The notes beneath the pieces are model-generated. The model had not been told where the DNA came from, did no database searches, and saw nothing but the letters and a program-made list of their open reading frames with translations. From the NCBI GenBank assembly GCA_034530875.2, contig JAVRCJ020000003.1, positions 64,001 to 128,000 on the forward strand: 64,000 nucleotides of DNA, given 5' to 3'. Shown piece by piece: positions 10,924 through 21,768 of this stretch. How positions within the stretch are numbered: position 1 is the stretch's first letter; each line of letters begins with the position of its first letter. The position numbers were made by a program, and so were the translations under genes. The stretch comes from Nostoc sp. DedSLP01. Its GTDB lineage: Bacteria; Cyanobacteriota; Cyanobacteriia; Cyanobacteriales; Nostocaceae.

Positions 10924-11433
10924 TATTTATCTCCGAATTCAGTACTTGAAGCGATTAATTAAGCTGTCTGTTGTGGTGAGGAGCAAATGTTAAAAATTTA
11001 TTATTTTTTGTTTACCATTTGTCATCTGTCATTTGTACTTTGCTAACGACTAATGACTGTTGTACAGAGGTAATAAATCACGTCTATGCACAGACGCGAT
11101 TCATCGCATCTCTACAATGGCTAAAATTTTGGAGAATGCACCAACTCAATTTCTTTATGGCTGCTTACTAGCATAGTTCAACATCAGTCTCTAGCTTTTT
11201 CAATTTCCGGTAGATGCTCAATAGCTTTCTTGGAATGAGACGATGCTGCCATATCATCGTGATTTGATGTTATCAGATTTGCAGAAGTTTGGCGATGTCT
11301 ACAACAACCTCGTAGATACAACTCAAAATTTCCGCATTTTTCCAATTCTTTGCCAGCAAAGTTACCAACAAAATGTTAGTTTAAAAAACTATGGCTTGCT
11401 TAAAATGTCCACAATACCAGGAAATATTAGCCA

Positions 11434-12354
11434 ATGCCCTATCTTAGTTCTGCCAGGGAAATTCGCGCCATTGTCGCTGAATATACTCATACTAAAACGC
11501 TGTGGATAGATACAGAAGTGGCTGACTATAAAAGCCGCAATCCCAAGCTGTCGCTGATTCAGGTATTGGACGATCCTGATGATATGAGTGGCGATCGCGT
11601 TTATCTTTTAGATGTCCTAGAGCAGGATAATATTATAGCTGAATTTATTGAAAAAATTATGTTCAATCCTAATATTGAAAAAGTTTTTCATAATGCCAGT
11701 TACGATCTAAAACTTCTCGGTAATAAAAAAGCAAAAAATATTACTTGTACTTTGGAAATGGCCAAGAAAATTCCTTATTATCTGTTGCCATTGCCAAATT
11801 ACCAACTCCAAACCATAGCTACTGCACTGTGTAGTTTTAACAATATCGACAAACAAGAACAACAAAGCGATTGGGGGAAACGTCCCCTTACCGAAGAACA
11901 AATAGAGTATGCTTACCTAGATTGTATTTATCTGGCTCAAATCCACTCGAATTTGTTAAAATTACAAGCCCAAGCTAACCTCGATCCGGCAACAGAAGAT
12001 TTAGGAATACTTAGTGCTAAATACTCGCAACTTGAACAGCAATGGAAGTTATTAAATTCAGAATTCGAGCATTTGCAAGAACGTATCAAAAAAGCTATGC
12101 AAGCCCAGAATATATCTGAAACTCCTGATTACAAGTTGACTAGTTATGAACGTACCACAATCAAAACTACATTTACAGAATTGTTCAATTTAGCACAAAC
12201 TGAAGGTATTGATGTAGATTTTCCCATTACACTAACTCAGAAAATCCAAAAAGATTTAGGGCAAAATCTAGAACAGTTATCTGTAGATGTTGACAAAACT
12301 ACTGCTTGGCGCTTAACTCCTAAAACTCAGGATGCGGAAACGGACAATGATTAA
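11434..12354 (+). CDS. RNase D-like 3'-5' exonuclease with C-terminal coiled coil
   Basis: DEDDy motifs: WIDTE, KVFHNASYDL, SDWGKRPLTEEQIEYAYLD. Confidence 0.85.
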   Translation: MPYLSSAREIRAIVAEYTHTKTLWIDTEVADYKSRNPKLSLIQVLDDPDDMSGDRVYLLDVLEQDNIIAEFIEKIMFNPNIEKVFHNASYDLKLLGNKKAKNITCTLEMAKKIPYYLLPLPNYQLQTIATALCSFNNIDKQEQQSDWGKRPLTEEQIEYAYLDCIYLAQIHSNLLKLQAQANLDPATEDLGILSAKYSQLEQQWKLLNSEFEHLQERIKKAMQAQNISETPDYKLTSYERTTIKTTFTELFNLAQTEGIDVDFPITLTQKIQKDLGQNLEQLSVDVDKTTAWRLTPKTQDAETDND

Positions 12355-12786
12355 CAGACGCGATAAATCAATAAGTGAGAGACGCGATAAATTGCGGTCT
12401 CTACAAAAATGATATTGAATTCAATGGAGGCAGCGTTAATAAAGTTATTAAATTGACAAAGCTCATTGCCAAATTATGAGAATAATTTTTAATCTAAAAT
12501 TTAAAATTAGTACGGTCAATTAATAAAATTTATTGAAAGCTGTATCAAAAGTTAGAGTAATTATTCTGTTAAAGAATTAAAATCTAGATTTTGGGATTAA
12601 TTCCAGAAGATTGCAGAGGAGTTGCAGGGGCACGACATTGTTGTGCCCTTAGCCGTGTACTTCATTTACCTGAAAAAGGCTGTATTTCAGGCGTTCTTAA
12701 GAAAGAACAAAGGCGTCAGTCAGCAGATGTTCTTGTTCTGATTTCTGAATTGGTGAATTCTTATTCAAGGCAGTTTATTTTAACTT

Positions 12787-13629
12787 ATGATACGGCGTTT
12801 ATTTGGGCAAAAGCGAACAAAGGTAAATAAAGTATTTACCATAGCTATTTTTACTACATTGACGGCAATTAGTAGCGTGTCTTGCAGTAAGAATGATAAT
12901 GTATTAATTACCGAAGTCGGAGTTAGTCCACCTAGCCGTCGTTCAGCTATCAGAACCAAAGCTGAAGCATTCTACGTTCAGGGAAAAAATCAGCATATCA
13001 ACGGCGATTTGCAAGCCGCGATCGCTTCGTATACTCAAGCAATAGAGCAGAATTCTCAATATGTCGCTGCTTACAACAGTCGGGGATTAGCCTATTTTGA
13101 TTTGGGAGATAAACAAAAAGCGATCGCAGATTACAATGAAGCGCTGCGTATCAATCCCAACAACGCCGAAGCATATAATAACCGGGGAAATGCCCGCGCC
13201 TCCCAAGGAAATAACCGAGAAGCTGTTAAAGATTATAGTGAAGCGATTCGCCTAAATCCCAACTACGCCGAAGCCTATAATAATCGAGGAAATGCCCGCG
13301 CCTCATTAGGAGAAAAAAACAGGGGGATAGATGATTTTGACCAAGCCATCGCCCTCAGACCGAGATATGCCATCGCCTACAATAACCGCGGAAATGCCCG
13401 TGCTGCCAATGGAGATCCGCAAGGAGCGATCGCAGATTACAATGAAGCCATTCGCCTCAATCCTAACTTTGCCCCTGCCTACAATAACCGCGGAAATGCC
13501 CGCGCCAAGAATGGAGATAAAGAAGGCGCACTTAAGGACTTGGAACAAGCAGCCAACATCTTTCAAACTCAAGGTAACAACGATCTATATCAGCAAGTGA
13601 CAAAAAATATCAAAGAACTTGCACAGTAG
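12787..13629 (+). CDS. TPR-repeat (lipo)protein
   Basis: Hydrophobic N-terminus with SVSC, then repeated AEAYNNRGNARA TPRs. Confidence 0.88.
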   Translation: MIRRLFGQKRTKVNKVFTIAIFTTLTAISSVSCSKNDNVLITEVGVSPPSRRSAIRTKAEAFYVQGKNQHINGDLQAAIASYTQAIEQNSQYVAAYNSRGLAYFDLGDKQKAIADYNEALRINPNNAEAYNNRGNARASQGNNREAVKDYSEAIRLNPNYAEAYNNRGNARASLGEKNRGIDDFDQAIALRPRYAIAYNNRGNARAANGDPQGAIADYNEAIRLNPNFAPAYNNRGNARAKNGDKEGALKDLEQAANIFQTQGNNDLYQQVTKNIKELAQ

Positions 13630-13747
13630 AGGGAATGGGGACTGGGAGATGGGGAAGTGTGGGGAGTGTGGGGAGTGTGGGGGGAAAGATTTCTTCCCCA
13701 TCCTCCTACACCTGCCACACTTCCTATGCCCCATGCCTTATTCTCAA

Positions 13748-15322
13748 TTACATTTCAGAGCCAATGTGGATGCGATCCTCAACTTCTGCAAATTTTTCCT
13801 GTGCCTGTCGTTCGGTACCCAATAACGAAACAACGATCGCCACGATAAATGCTAGAGGAATCGTAACTAATCCAGGATTTTTCAGCGGGAAGGGCGCCCA
13901 AGGGTTTTTGAGAATTGTTACCTGAATAGTAGGTGACAAATAAATCAGTAGTAAGGAGGAGAAAGTACCTACTAGCGTACTTGCAACTGCCCCGTTAGTG
14001 GTAAAGCGTCGCCAAAGCATTGACAGAAGCAATGCTGGGAAGTTGGCACTAGCAGCGATCGCAAATGCTAAACCTACCATATAAGCCACGTTTTGCCCTT
14101 TAAACAAGATGCCCAGGAGTATGGCTACTAACCCGAGAAGCATTGTCGCACCACGAGCCACCTTCAGCTGTTCTGACTCGTCAGCATGACCCGAACGCAC
14201 CACATTCACCCACAAATCGTGAGAAAGTGCAGCTGCACCTGAGAGTGTTAATCCAGCAACAACCGCCAAAATCGTTGCAAAGGAAACGGCAGCAATAAAG
14301 CCTAAGAAAGCATCGCCACCAAGAAATTCTGCCAACATCGGTGCAGCCATATTACCACCAGTACCGATTTGCTTGATGGCATCTTGGCCTACTAGCACCA
14401 TTGCCCCAAAGCCCAGGATGAAAGTCAGAAGGTAAAAAGCTCCAATAATGGCTGTGGCGTAGGTAACAGAAATCCGGGCGGCTTTAGCGTCGGGTACTGT
14501 GTAGAAACGCATTAGGATGTGGGGTAATCCAGCTGTGCCGAACATCAACGACATGCCTAAGGAAATAGCATCAAAGGGGTCAGAAACTTGTTTGCCTGGA
14601 GCTAATACACCTGTATATTTCTCAGCCGCAGCGGCAAAAAGAGCCATTGGGTTAAAGCCAAATCGCGCGAGTACCAAAATAGCTAGCAAGATAGTTCCGC
14701 CAAGCAAGAGAACTGCTTTGATAATTTGTACCCAAGTGGTGGCAATCATCCCCCCAAAAATCACATAAGCCATCATTACGCAACCGACAATGACCACGGC
14801 TAATTCATAATCAAAGCCAAACAGCAGTTTGATTAGCTCCCCAGCACCTACCATCTGGGCAATTAAGTAGAAGGTGATTACTGCCAAGGTTCCAATTGCA
14901 GATGCTATGCGTACAGGTTTTTGTCGCAAGCGAAAAGCTACTACATCAGCAAAGGTGTATTTACCCAAGTTACGTAGCGGTTCTGCAATCAAAAACATGA
15001 CAATCGGCCAGCCCACCAAGAAGCCGATAGAATAAATTAAGCCGTCAAAGCCGTTGAGTGCTACCAGCCCAGCGATACCTAAAAAGCTGGCTGCACTCAT
15101 GAAGTCTCCCGCTAGGGCTAACCCATTTTGAAAACCACTGATTTTACCGTCAGCTGTATAAAAGTGTGAGGTGCTTTTAGTGAGCTTTGCCGCCCAATAA
15201 GTGATGCCTAAAGAACTTACAACAAAAAGAAAAAAGAAAGCGATCGCCAACGGATTAAAGTGGCCAAGTCTAGAAATATCCGTTACTGCTAAAGGCAAAT
15301 CGCACCAAAACACAATATTCAT
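13748..15322 (-). CDS. actP: Cation/acetate symporter ActP (SSS family)
   Basis: [18 protein letters not shown] and [17 protein letters not shown] motifs; follows a DUF485 gene. Confidence 0.9.
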   Translation of the reverse strand: MNIVFWCDLPLAVTDISRLGHFNPLAIAFFFLFVVSSLGITYWAAKLTKSTSHFYTADGKISGFQNGLALAGDFMSAASFLGIAGLVALNGFDGLIYSIGFLVGWPIVMFLIAEPLRNLGKYTFADVVAFRLRQKPVRIASAIGTLAVITFYLIAQMVGAGELIKLLFGFDYELAVVIVGCVMMAYVIFGGMIATTWVQIIKAVLLLGGTILLAILVLARFGFNPMALFAAAAEKYTGVLAPGKQVSDPFDAISLGMSLMFGTAGLPHILMRFYTVPDAKAARISVTYATAIIGAFYLLTFILGFGAMVLVGQDAIKQIGTGGNMAAPMLAEFLGGDAFLGFIAAVSFATILAVVAGLTLSGAAALSHDLWVNVVRSGHADESEQLKVARGATMLLGLVAILLGILFKGQNVAYMVGLAFAIAASANFPALLLSMLWRRFTTNGAVASTLVGTFSSLLLIYLSPTIQVTILKNPWAPFPLKNPGLVTIPLAFIVAIVVSLLGTERQAQEKFAEVEDRIHIGSEM

Positions 15323-15377
15323 GCTTAATTGGGTTTGATATCTTAGATTTTGGACTAGAAATTGCTAATAACTAAAT

Positions 15378-15653
15378 TCACTTGCGTGTGAGTCTTGCGA
15401 TTTGGTTATCGTAACTGCTATTTGCCCAACGCACGTAGATAAAAATTAATACCCATGCCGAGACAATTACCAGCGCCCCTAGTAAAATTCCCAAACTCAG
15501 ACCTGGAACTACTAACGATCCCAATAGGGGCTTATTGAAGGCAATTAACAGGATAAAACCAAAGTAAATAAACATCATGGCTCCACTCAAAATCAGGGAT
15601 ACCCGCCAACGTTCAGCCGCGAGAGCCTGGAGAGCCTTTGTGCGATCGTTCAT
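15378..15653 (-). CDS. DUF485 (YjcH-like) membrane protein
   Basis: Two TM helices, YVRWAN..YD motif, directly upstream of actP. Confidence 0.88.
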   Translation of the reverse strand: MNDRTKALQALAAERWRVSLILSGAMMFIYFGFILLIAFNKPLLGSLVVPGLSLGILLGALVIVSAWVLIFIYVRWANSSYDNQIARLTRK

Positions 15654-16457
15654 GTCTTCCTTGAGGTAGAGAAGATTAGGTCACGATTGTCTCATTGAAG
15701 TTGATTTCTGTGTAATTTTCTTAAAGATTATTAGTAAATCTATTGTTGTGTTAGGTAATAAAATTAACTTTGCTAAGGAATATACACAATAAAAAGACAA
15801 TAATGACTATGTTTTGATATGCGTAAAACTACAGATACTATGAGATATCAATAAATCTGAAATATAAATAATTTTTTACCTAGTTACTGACTCAGTAGTA
15901 ACTTATCCTCTTGAGATACTCAAACAAGAGTCAAAAATATCAAGTTTTGATATACAAAAAGTTTAAATTTAATGCGTATTTATTGCTAGGTTTTTATTTT
16001 TAAAATTTCATAAAAAATTTCTCTCAAGTAGATAATATATTAAAAAAACTTGGTTTTTTGGTATTTCTGATAAAGAAATACCAAAAAATACCGGAGTTGA
16101 TTACGTAAATAAACAGTAATATTTATATCATCAGTTTACTAACATACAGATAAAGCGCTAGAAAAATCTAGTAAATCATAGTACTAAAAATATCTGGCTC
16201 AGCTTTTATCTGCATTGCAATTTGCATAGATATGAATTTCATCATTGTAACGAGCGAAAGCTGATTTTTAACACATTGTCTGACTATATCAACTGATTCA
16301 GAGCATCTCAGTTCCACAAAAATATTTAGGAAAAAATGCGAAAATTATCGACGTAAATTTGTAGATATATCTATGTCTACAAAAGTGAGATGCACTCTTT
16401 AATTTAACCCTCAAAAAGCCCAAATTTCAGCTTCTACCATACCACAAACCAGAATCT

Positions 16458-17081
16458 ATGTTTATTGAAACGCTATTCACAGACCCAATTTCTTTTTTGA
16501 GAATCATTGTAATTGTCATATTTTCCATTACTTTGCACGAACTTGCTCACGGCTGGGCTGCTATGAGTCAGGGGGATAATACTCCACAAAAGACAGGGCA
16601 TCTCACCCTTAATCCTGTAGTTCACATGGGCAAAGAATCGATTATCTTTCTTTGTCTGATGGGTATAGCCTGGGGACAAATGCCCGTCAACCCGTCTAAA
16701 TTTCGCTCTCGCAAGCTAGGCAATATTTTGGTGTCTGCGGCTGGCCCATTTTCAAATTTGGCTTTAGGTATTCTATTTACTCTAGCCCTTAAAATTCTCG
16801 CTACCTTGACCCTTGCAGGAGTCTTCAGTGTCGAATTTCTTTATCTAGCGGCTCGAATCAATTTAACATTATTTATGTTTAATCTCTTGCCAATCCCACC
16901 ACTTGATGGCTTTCATGTCTTCAGTGAAATTTTTCCAAAATTAAAACCATTAGAAACTACTCAATTTGGAATCTTTGCAATGATGCTTCTATTTATAATT
17001 CCAGAATTTGGGATTGGACTTAGTAGCATTTCTGATTTAGTTATTCGGTCGGTAATTGGTGTAAAATCCGGAAATTTTTAA
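16458..17081 (+). CDS. Site-2 protease (peptidase M50)
   Basis: HELAH, VSAAGP and FNLLPIPPLDG motifs. Confidence 0.92.
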   Translation: MFIETLFTDPISFLRIIVIVIFSITLHELAHGWAAMSQGDNTPQKTGHLTLNPVVHMGKESIIFLCLMGIAWGQMPVNPSKFRSRKLGNILVSAAGPFSNLALGILFTLALKILATLTLAGVFSVEFLYLAARINLTLFMFNLLPIPPLDGFHVFSEIFPKLKPLETTQFGIFAMMLLFIIPEFGIGLSSISDLVIRSVIGVKSGNF

Positions 17082-17152
17082 CCTCATAAACTATTTAAAG
17101 CCAGGGATGCCCGACTTGTTACCAAAAGTCGGGTATCTTGTTGTTTATCAAT

Positions 17153-17279
17153 CAATACAGTTCAGTTAAGATCCCCCCGCCTGCGGCGACCCCCTTAAAA
17201 AAGGGGTGAAAGAGAGTTGTTAGCCCCCCAATTTATCGGGGAGTTGCGGGGATCTTAAAACACTAAGCCAAGCGTATTG
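17153..17279. repeat. Composite palindromic dispersed repeat (MITE/SDR-like)
   Basis: Outer CAATAC...GTATTG ends around a GATCCCCC...CCCCTTAAAAAAGGGG...GGGGATC core that also occurs at 39475-39591. Confidence 0.6.
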
Positions 17280-17284
17280 GTTTA

Positions 17285-18673
17285 TCAATGATTTAGAGTT
17301 GCCACTTTTTTGCTGTAATATTCAGTTTTTGCATAGATACTGATAATACTATCACCAACTGCAAAAAAAGTACCTTGTTGCTCATTTTTAGAAAATTGCA
17401 AATTGGGATATTTAGCAGCGACTTCTTGCACAGTCATCGGTTTTGCGTTCATTTGGTCTGGCAATACTCCAGTACAACCAATATAAAATACTAAGGGAGA
17501 AATCTTGTCTTGGTAGATTTTTTCTGCATATTGTTCTAACTTAGTATTTGCAGTTGTTAATGCTGCGATCGCTTCTTCTTTATTGATTTGCTTGCCAGCT
17601 TGTTTATCCTGTAATAAATCTGCCAAATCTTCAGCACCAACTCTTGTGAGAATGCGTACAACTATGCCATTTTGCTCAAGTCCAAGAAAATCATCAAAAA
17701 TCGGTTTCATCAACTCGTCAACTTTTGTAATCTTGGTGCGTGATGACAGTAGCCTCTGTCTCACAGCAAGATTCCGATTAAATATCATCTCAAAACTCGA
17801 CTTTTTAATAATCTCTCCAGTTTTTTTATTGTAGAGACGATACATTCTATTGAGAAATTTGTTCGCAGAATGCAACTTGTTCAAGTTAAGGATATCCTGG
17901 CTACCAATATCAATTTTATAGCTCAATCTGGATTCTAAAGTACCATTTGCTATAGCTTCATGGATATCTGTGTATTCATTAGTCGTCGGAAAATTGATGT
18001 AAACATTCTTAGATAGGTAGTGCTTTTTAAATTCATCTAACTGTTCTGCTACAAATACATCGGACTCATTTTTCAAGCAAGCAGAAATCATACTAGTAAG
18101 TACTTTAATTTCTGCAAGTTCATTGAATAGTCCATCTATGCTGCTGTAATGACTATCAGCAGGTACAAGCGGTAAATTATCTAATTGGATAGTATATTCA
18201 CCACGAAAGTCAAAATTTTTTGCATCTAGTACGCCCTTTTGTTGAAGTAATTCAAAAACTTTTTTACTACTAATTTTGACTCGTAAAGATTTGACGTTGA
18301 TGTTGCCGTTACTAACAATCGTGTAATTATTAAAGCTATCTAGCTCATTAACTAACAAACCTGCTACCTCAAGAGTGGGAGTTTGGTCTGCGGATTTAGC
18401 AAGTTTGACTTTACGTTTGATAAGCATATTAATAGTAGCGGTATTGCGATTAAAGTGAAACTCGCCCATACCAACATACTCAGCATTATCTATATTTTCT
18501 GTTCGCAACCAAGGTTGGATCGGTTCTCCGTTTTCGTCTCTCACACCTTTAATACGCTTGATACCTGTTCTTTGATAATTTTCTTGCAGGTGCTTGATGT
18601 TGACGATAATATTGTGACGATATTGCGTAAAGATTTTGATGAGTTCTACTAGAGAGATTTGATTATTTGTCAT
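17285..18673 (-). CDS. Hypothetical protein (462 aa), predicted LexA/SOS-regulated
   Basis: Long ORF. The ATG at 18673 has an SD-like AAGGTGGA upstream. No confidently recognised catalytic motif. Confidence 0.8.
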   Translation of the reverse strand: MTNNQISLVELIKIFTQYRHNIIVNIKHLQENYQRTGIKRIKGVRDENGEPIQPWLRTENIDNAEYVGMGEFHFNRNTATINMLIKRKVKLAKSADQTPTLEVAGLLVNELDSFNNYTIVSNGNINVKSLRVKISSKKVFELLQQKGVLDAKNFDFRGEYTIQLDNLPLVPADSHYSSIDGLFNELAEIKVLTSMISACLKNESDVFVAEQLDEFKKHYLSKNVYINFPTTNEYTDIHEAIANGTLESRLSYKIDIGSQDILNLNKLHSANKFLNRMYRLYNKKTGEIIKKSSFEMIFNRNLAVRQRLLSSRTKITKVDELMKPIFDDFLGLEQNGIVVRILTRVGAEDLADLLQDKQAGKQINKEEAIAALTTANTKLEQYAEKIYQDKISPLVFYIGCTGVLPDQMNAKPMTVQEVAAKYPNLQFSKNEQQGTFFAVGDSIISIYAKTEYYSKKVATLNH

Positions 18674-18809
18674 ATTTCCACCTTGGATATAAAGGCTAAC
18701 AAGCTGTTGAACCGTGGAAAATTGAAGTGCAAACACACGAGATTTTGCTCAATAAAAGTATGACAATTTCACGCAGAGGCGCAGAGTGAGAGATTGAGTT
18801 TTCATACTA

Positions 18810-18839
18810 TATAGTACAATTGTACTATAAAAATGTCAA
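18810..18839 (-). promoter_or_regulatory. Sigma70-type promoter (TTGACA-N17-TACTAT) overlapped by a cyanobacterial LexA box
   Basis: -35 at 18839-18834 and -10 at 18816-18811. The perfect palindrome TATAGTACAATTGTACTATA (18810-18829) contains AGTAC-N4-GTACT. Confidence 0.8.
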
Positions 18840-19013
18840 ATTGGGTAGGTTTAGTCCATCGTAGGCATTGCCGTACTGTTGAATAGGACTAGAATAAGTG
18901 CCTTTTCAGCTTTACGCCTTTGAGTGACTTTAAATAAATTTGTTGTGCTTGGGAGAGAGTTAGATACTTATCTCGCGAATTTTTTGAATTAGGGTGTTAT
19001 CATTTTCTGATAT

Positions 19014-20684
19014 TTAGGCTCCGGGTTTAAAATAATCCAAGAGGCGATCGCCTGAATCAGCGCGAATCAATGCTACAACTACATCTGGTAAGGCAGCTAA
19101 GCTGGGATAAACTAAATAACGCGGTTCCCAACGGGGGTGGAACTTCTCTTTATAGGTATGTAACCCCTGGAAATTGTAGAAGTGATTTAAATGTTCGTAA
19201 AGATAATGCAATACTTTCTCTAAACGGCGCGATTGTGGGTTATCTCCAACTCCAGCGAGTGCAGAAAGACCAAAATTGAAGCTATCGTAACCACATTCTT
19301 TAAAATGCTGGAGCAGCGAAATGAATAAAAAGTCCATTATGCCATTTTCAAGGGACGAGCGATATCGCATCAAATCGATAGTTGCTTCATTAAGTTGATA
19401 CTCTGGAATAATATTTGCAAAGGCGCTAATCTGACCTTCAGGGCTATGCAGGACAGCAATCTCACATTCTCGCAGATATGCTTCATCAAACCAACCTAAA
19501 GAAAAGTGTTTTTCCGAACCTTGTACCATATTTAGCCATTCATCACTTACAGGTTTGAGTAAGTGCAACAAATCATTGTCGATTGGTGGTTGGTAAAAGT
19601 TAATTCGGTATCCTAGTTTTGTTAAACGATTGATTGATGGTCTAAAATTTTTCCCAGCTTTACCTTGTAATGTAAAACTTTGCAAATCAACGATCGCTTC
19701 TTCTCCAATCTTGAGTACTTGAAATCCCAATGACTTGTAAAGTTCAACATCATCGGGCAAAGTTTGATAAAAACTAGGATACCAATCATTGCGCAGGCAA
19801 AACTGCCAAAAAGCAACAATTGTCTCTTTGCGGTCTTCAATGGGGCCGATGGGATCTCCTAAGGCGATCGCGCCTCGTCCTTTGGAAACGTAAGCGATTA
19901 CACTATTACCAGAAGGGCTGAAATAATAACTCTTATCATTTAATAATGTCAAAGCTGCTAAAGAAGAACATCCATATTGTTCGATAATTTCTTTAGCTTT
20001 TTTGCGTTCGTTTGGAGTTGCTAAATTACGCCAAAATACGGGTTGCAACAACATAACCACCGCGTATGTAATAGTAACTGCTGCAATCACATAAATAGAA
20101 TTAGCAAAAAAAGCCCCAAACTTGCTTTTTGGTTCCAGACCCCAATTATCTTCGGTGAAGAACATTGCTAAAGTCTGAACTACGGCTTCACGCCAATTAA
20201 AATTTTGTGAAAACTTGCCATCTAATAAGTAAAATCCAATAGTTCCGTATGCCAGGGTAAATAATAAAGCACCAATTAGCACTCGGACTCCCCTTGCAAT
20301 AGAAGGAGGGTCTGATTGCGCTGTAAAAACATGGCGCATCAGAATTAATTGCATTAATAATATGCCAGATAATATACTTTCTTCGTAATCAAATCCTTTC
20401 ACCAAGTGGCTGAACATAGAAATGACTAGCAGGCTAACAATCAGTAACCAAGCTATCTTTTTTCGGCGTAATAAATTAGTTGCAAGTGTTAATAAAACAA
20501 ACCCAGTCAGTGCTGCAAAAATATGACCAGTAGCACGAATTTCAAATGGTAAAAATTCCTTTAACCAGTGATTTCGACCGTACAGGTTAGGTGTCACTGC
20601 GGATAACAAATTTACTATCCCCACTAAACCTGTAAGGAAAGCTGCACTCCAAAGTCCAATCTGAGTTTTTAAGTTATTAGTCAT
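19014..20684 (-). CDS. MprF-type aminoacyl-phosphatidylglycerol synthase (TM region + DUF2156 catalytic domain) without the flippase domain
   Basis: DKSYYFS, ALGDPIG, KIGEEAIVDL, SDEWL, EKHFSLG, TIDLMR, NGIMDFLF and FYNFQGLHTYKEKFHPRWEPRYL motifs. Confidence 0.9.
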   Translation of the reverse strand: MTNNLKTQIGLWSAAFLTGLVGIVNLLSAVTPNLYGRNHWLKEFLPFEIRATGHIFAALTGFVLLTLATNLLRRKKIAWLLIVSLLVISMFSHLVKGFDYEESILSGILLMQLILMRHVFTAQSDPPSIARGVRVLIGALLFTLAYGTIGFYLLDGKFSQNFNWREAVVQTLAMFFTEDNWGLEPKSKFGAFFANSIYVIAAVTITYAVVMLLQPVFWRNLATPNERKKAKEIIEQYGCSSLAALTLLNDKSYYFSPSGNSVIAYVSKGRGAIALGDPIGPIEDRKETIVAFWQFCLRNDWYPSFYQTLPDDVELYKSLGFQVLKIGEEAIVDLQSFTLQGKAGKNFRPSINRLTKLGYRINFYQPPIDNDLLHLLKPVSDEWLNMVQGSEKHFSLGWFDEAYLRECEIAVLHSPEGQISAFANIIPEYQLNEATIDLMRYRSSLENGIMDFLFISLLQHFKECGYDSFNFGLSALAGVGDNPQSRRLEKVLHYLYEHLNHFYNFQGLHTYKEKFHPRWEPRYLVYPSLAALPDVVVALIRADSGDRLLDYFKPGA

Positions 20685-20742
20685 TTGTCGTTAATAGTTA
20701 GGAGTGAGGAGTTAGGAGTTAGGAGTTTTCAATTTTTAACTC

Positions 20743-21651
20743 TTAACTTCTACCTTCTGACTTATGAAACTGTTCTCCTACATAAGAGAGTGAATTTTTG
20801 AGATGTTTGTGGAAGTAGTTCCAGCCGACATCAGTACCAGATAAACCATGACCTCCAGGAAATGCATAAAATACGTGAGTAATACCTAACTTATTTAAGG
20901 TTTGATTAAAGGCTTTGGTTGAAGCTAGTAAATTAGTATCGTTAACGCCCGCATCTAAGTAAATACGTAATTGCTTCCTATCTTGAATTGGTAACTGTTG
21001 CACAATTTGTTGAGGACTATTTTGCGAACCGCTGCTATCAGTAAAGTAACCGCTATGACTAAAGAAAATATGGAAGTTGTTAAGATAGCGTAAGCCGATA
21101 TTAAAAGCTCCCCACCCTCCAGAGGATATACCTCCTATAGCCCAAAATTGGGGTTTTTCTAAAGTGCGGTAGCGTGACTTGACAACTTGTACTAATTCCG
21201 AACCAATTAAAGTCCCGACTTTGCCATTCGGCCCGTCAAAATAATCAGGGTCGTATAAAGGACTGGAACCGCGATTGTCATTACCATCAGGTGTAATTAC
21301 AATCGATGGCGGTAATTTCTTACTTTGATAAAGTTCGTGCAACACATCTAAGATTGCATATTTATCAGCAAAGGCGCGAGCATCATCATGTCCCCCATGT
21401 AGTAAGAATATCACGGGGTAGCGCTTTTGCCGATTTTTGTTATAGCCAGGAGGTAAGATGACGCCATAGTTGCGGACTGCACCCATCGCTTGGGAATTGA
21501 AGCTTACTAATTGAAACTTTAGCCCAGTATTTGTTTCTTCTGCGGGCGGGTCTAGTTGTGGTGCGCCTAAGATAAATACATAATAGTAAGCAGCGATAGT
21601 GAGAAGGGCGATCGCTCCTACCAAGCTAATCAAAAATTTGGAAATCTTCAT
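20743..21651 (-). CDS. Membrane-anchored esterase (alpha/beta hydrolase, PF00756-like)
   Basis: N-terminal TM, LPPGY, YPVIFLLHG, GISSGG nucleophile, YLDAG..D and PGGH. Confidence 0.85.
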   Translation of the reverse strand: MKISKFLISLVGAIALLTIAAYYYVFILGAPQLDPPAEETNTGLKFQLVSFNSQAMGAVRNYGVILPPGYNKNRQKRYPVIFLLHGGHDDARAFADKYAILDVLHELYQSKKLPPSIVITPDGNDNRGSSPLYDPDYFDGPNGKVGTLIGSELVQVVKSRYRTLEKPQFWAIGGISSGGWGAFNIGLRYLNNFHIFFSHSGYFTDSSGSQNSPQQIVQQLPIQDRKQLRIYLDAGVNDTNLLASTKAFNQTLNKLGITHVFYAFPGGHGLSGTDVGWNYFHKHLKNSLSYVGEQFHKSEGRS

Positions 21652-21768
21652 ATATTTTTAGCTTGAAAAAATTCACCTCCATATAGAATTTCAGATATTT
21701 AGTCTAATGCAATTTTCGACATAGCTTTTTGATTCAAATTTGACCGTTAAGCTTTTGATAATATTCTG

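Noticed and set aside
12477..12491. Fur/Zur-like box TGAGAATAATTTTTA
   Set aside because: About 300 bp from the next start in very AT-rich DNA with no metal-related target; a chance match is likely.
13619..13925. Short ORFs after the TPR gene (also 33832-34032, 45151-45339, 51573-52031)
   Set aside because: They translate STRR/G-rich repeats or are antisense to real genes.
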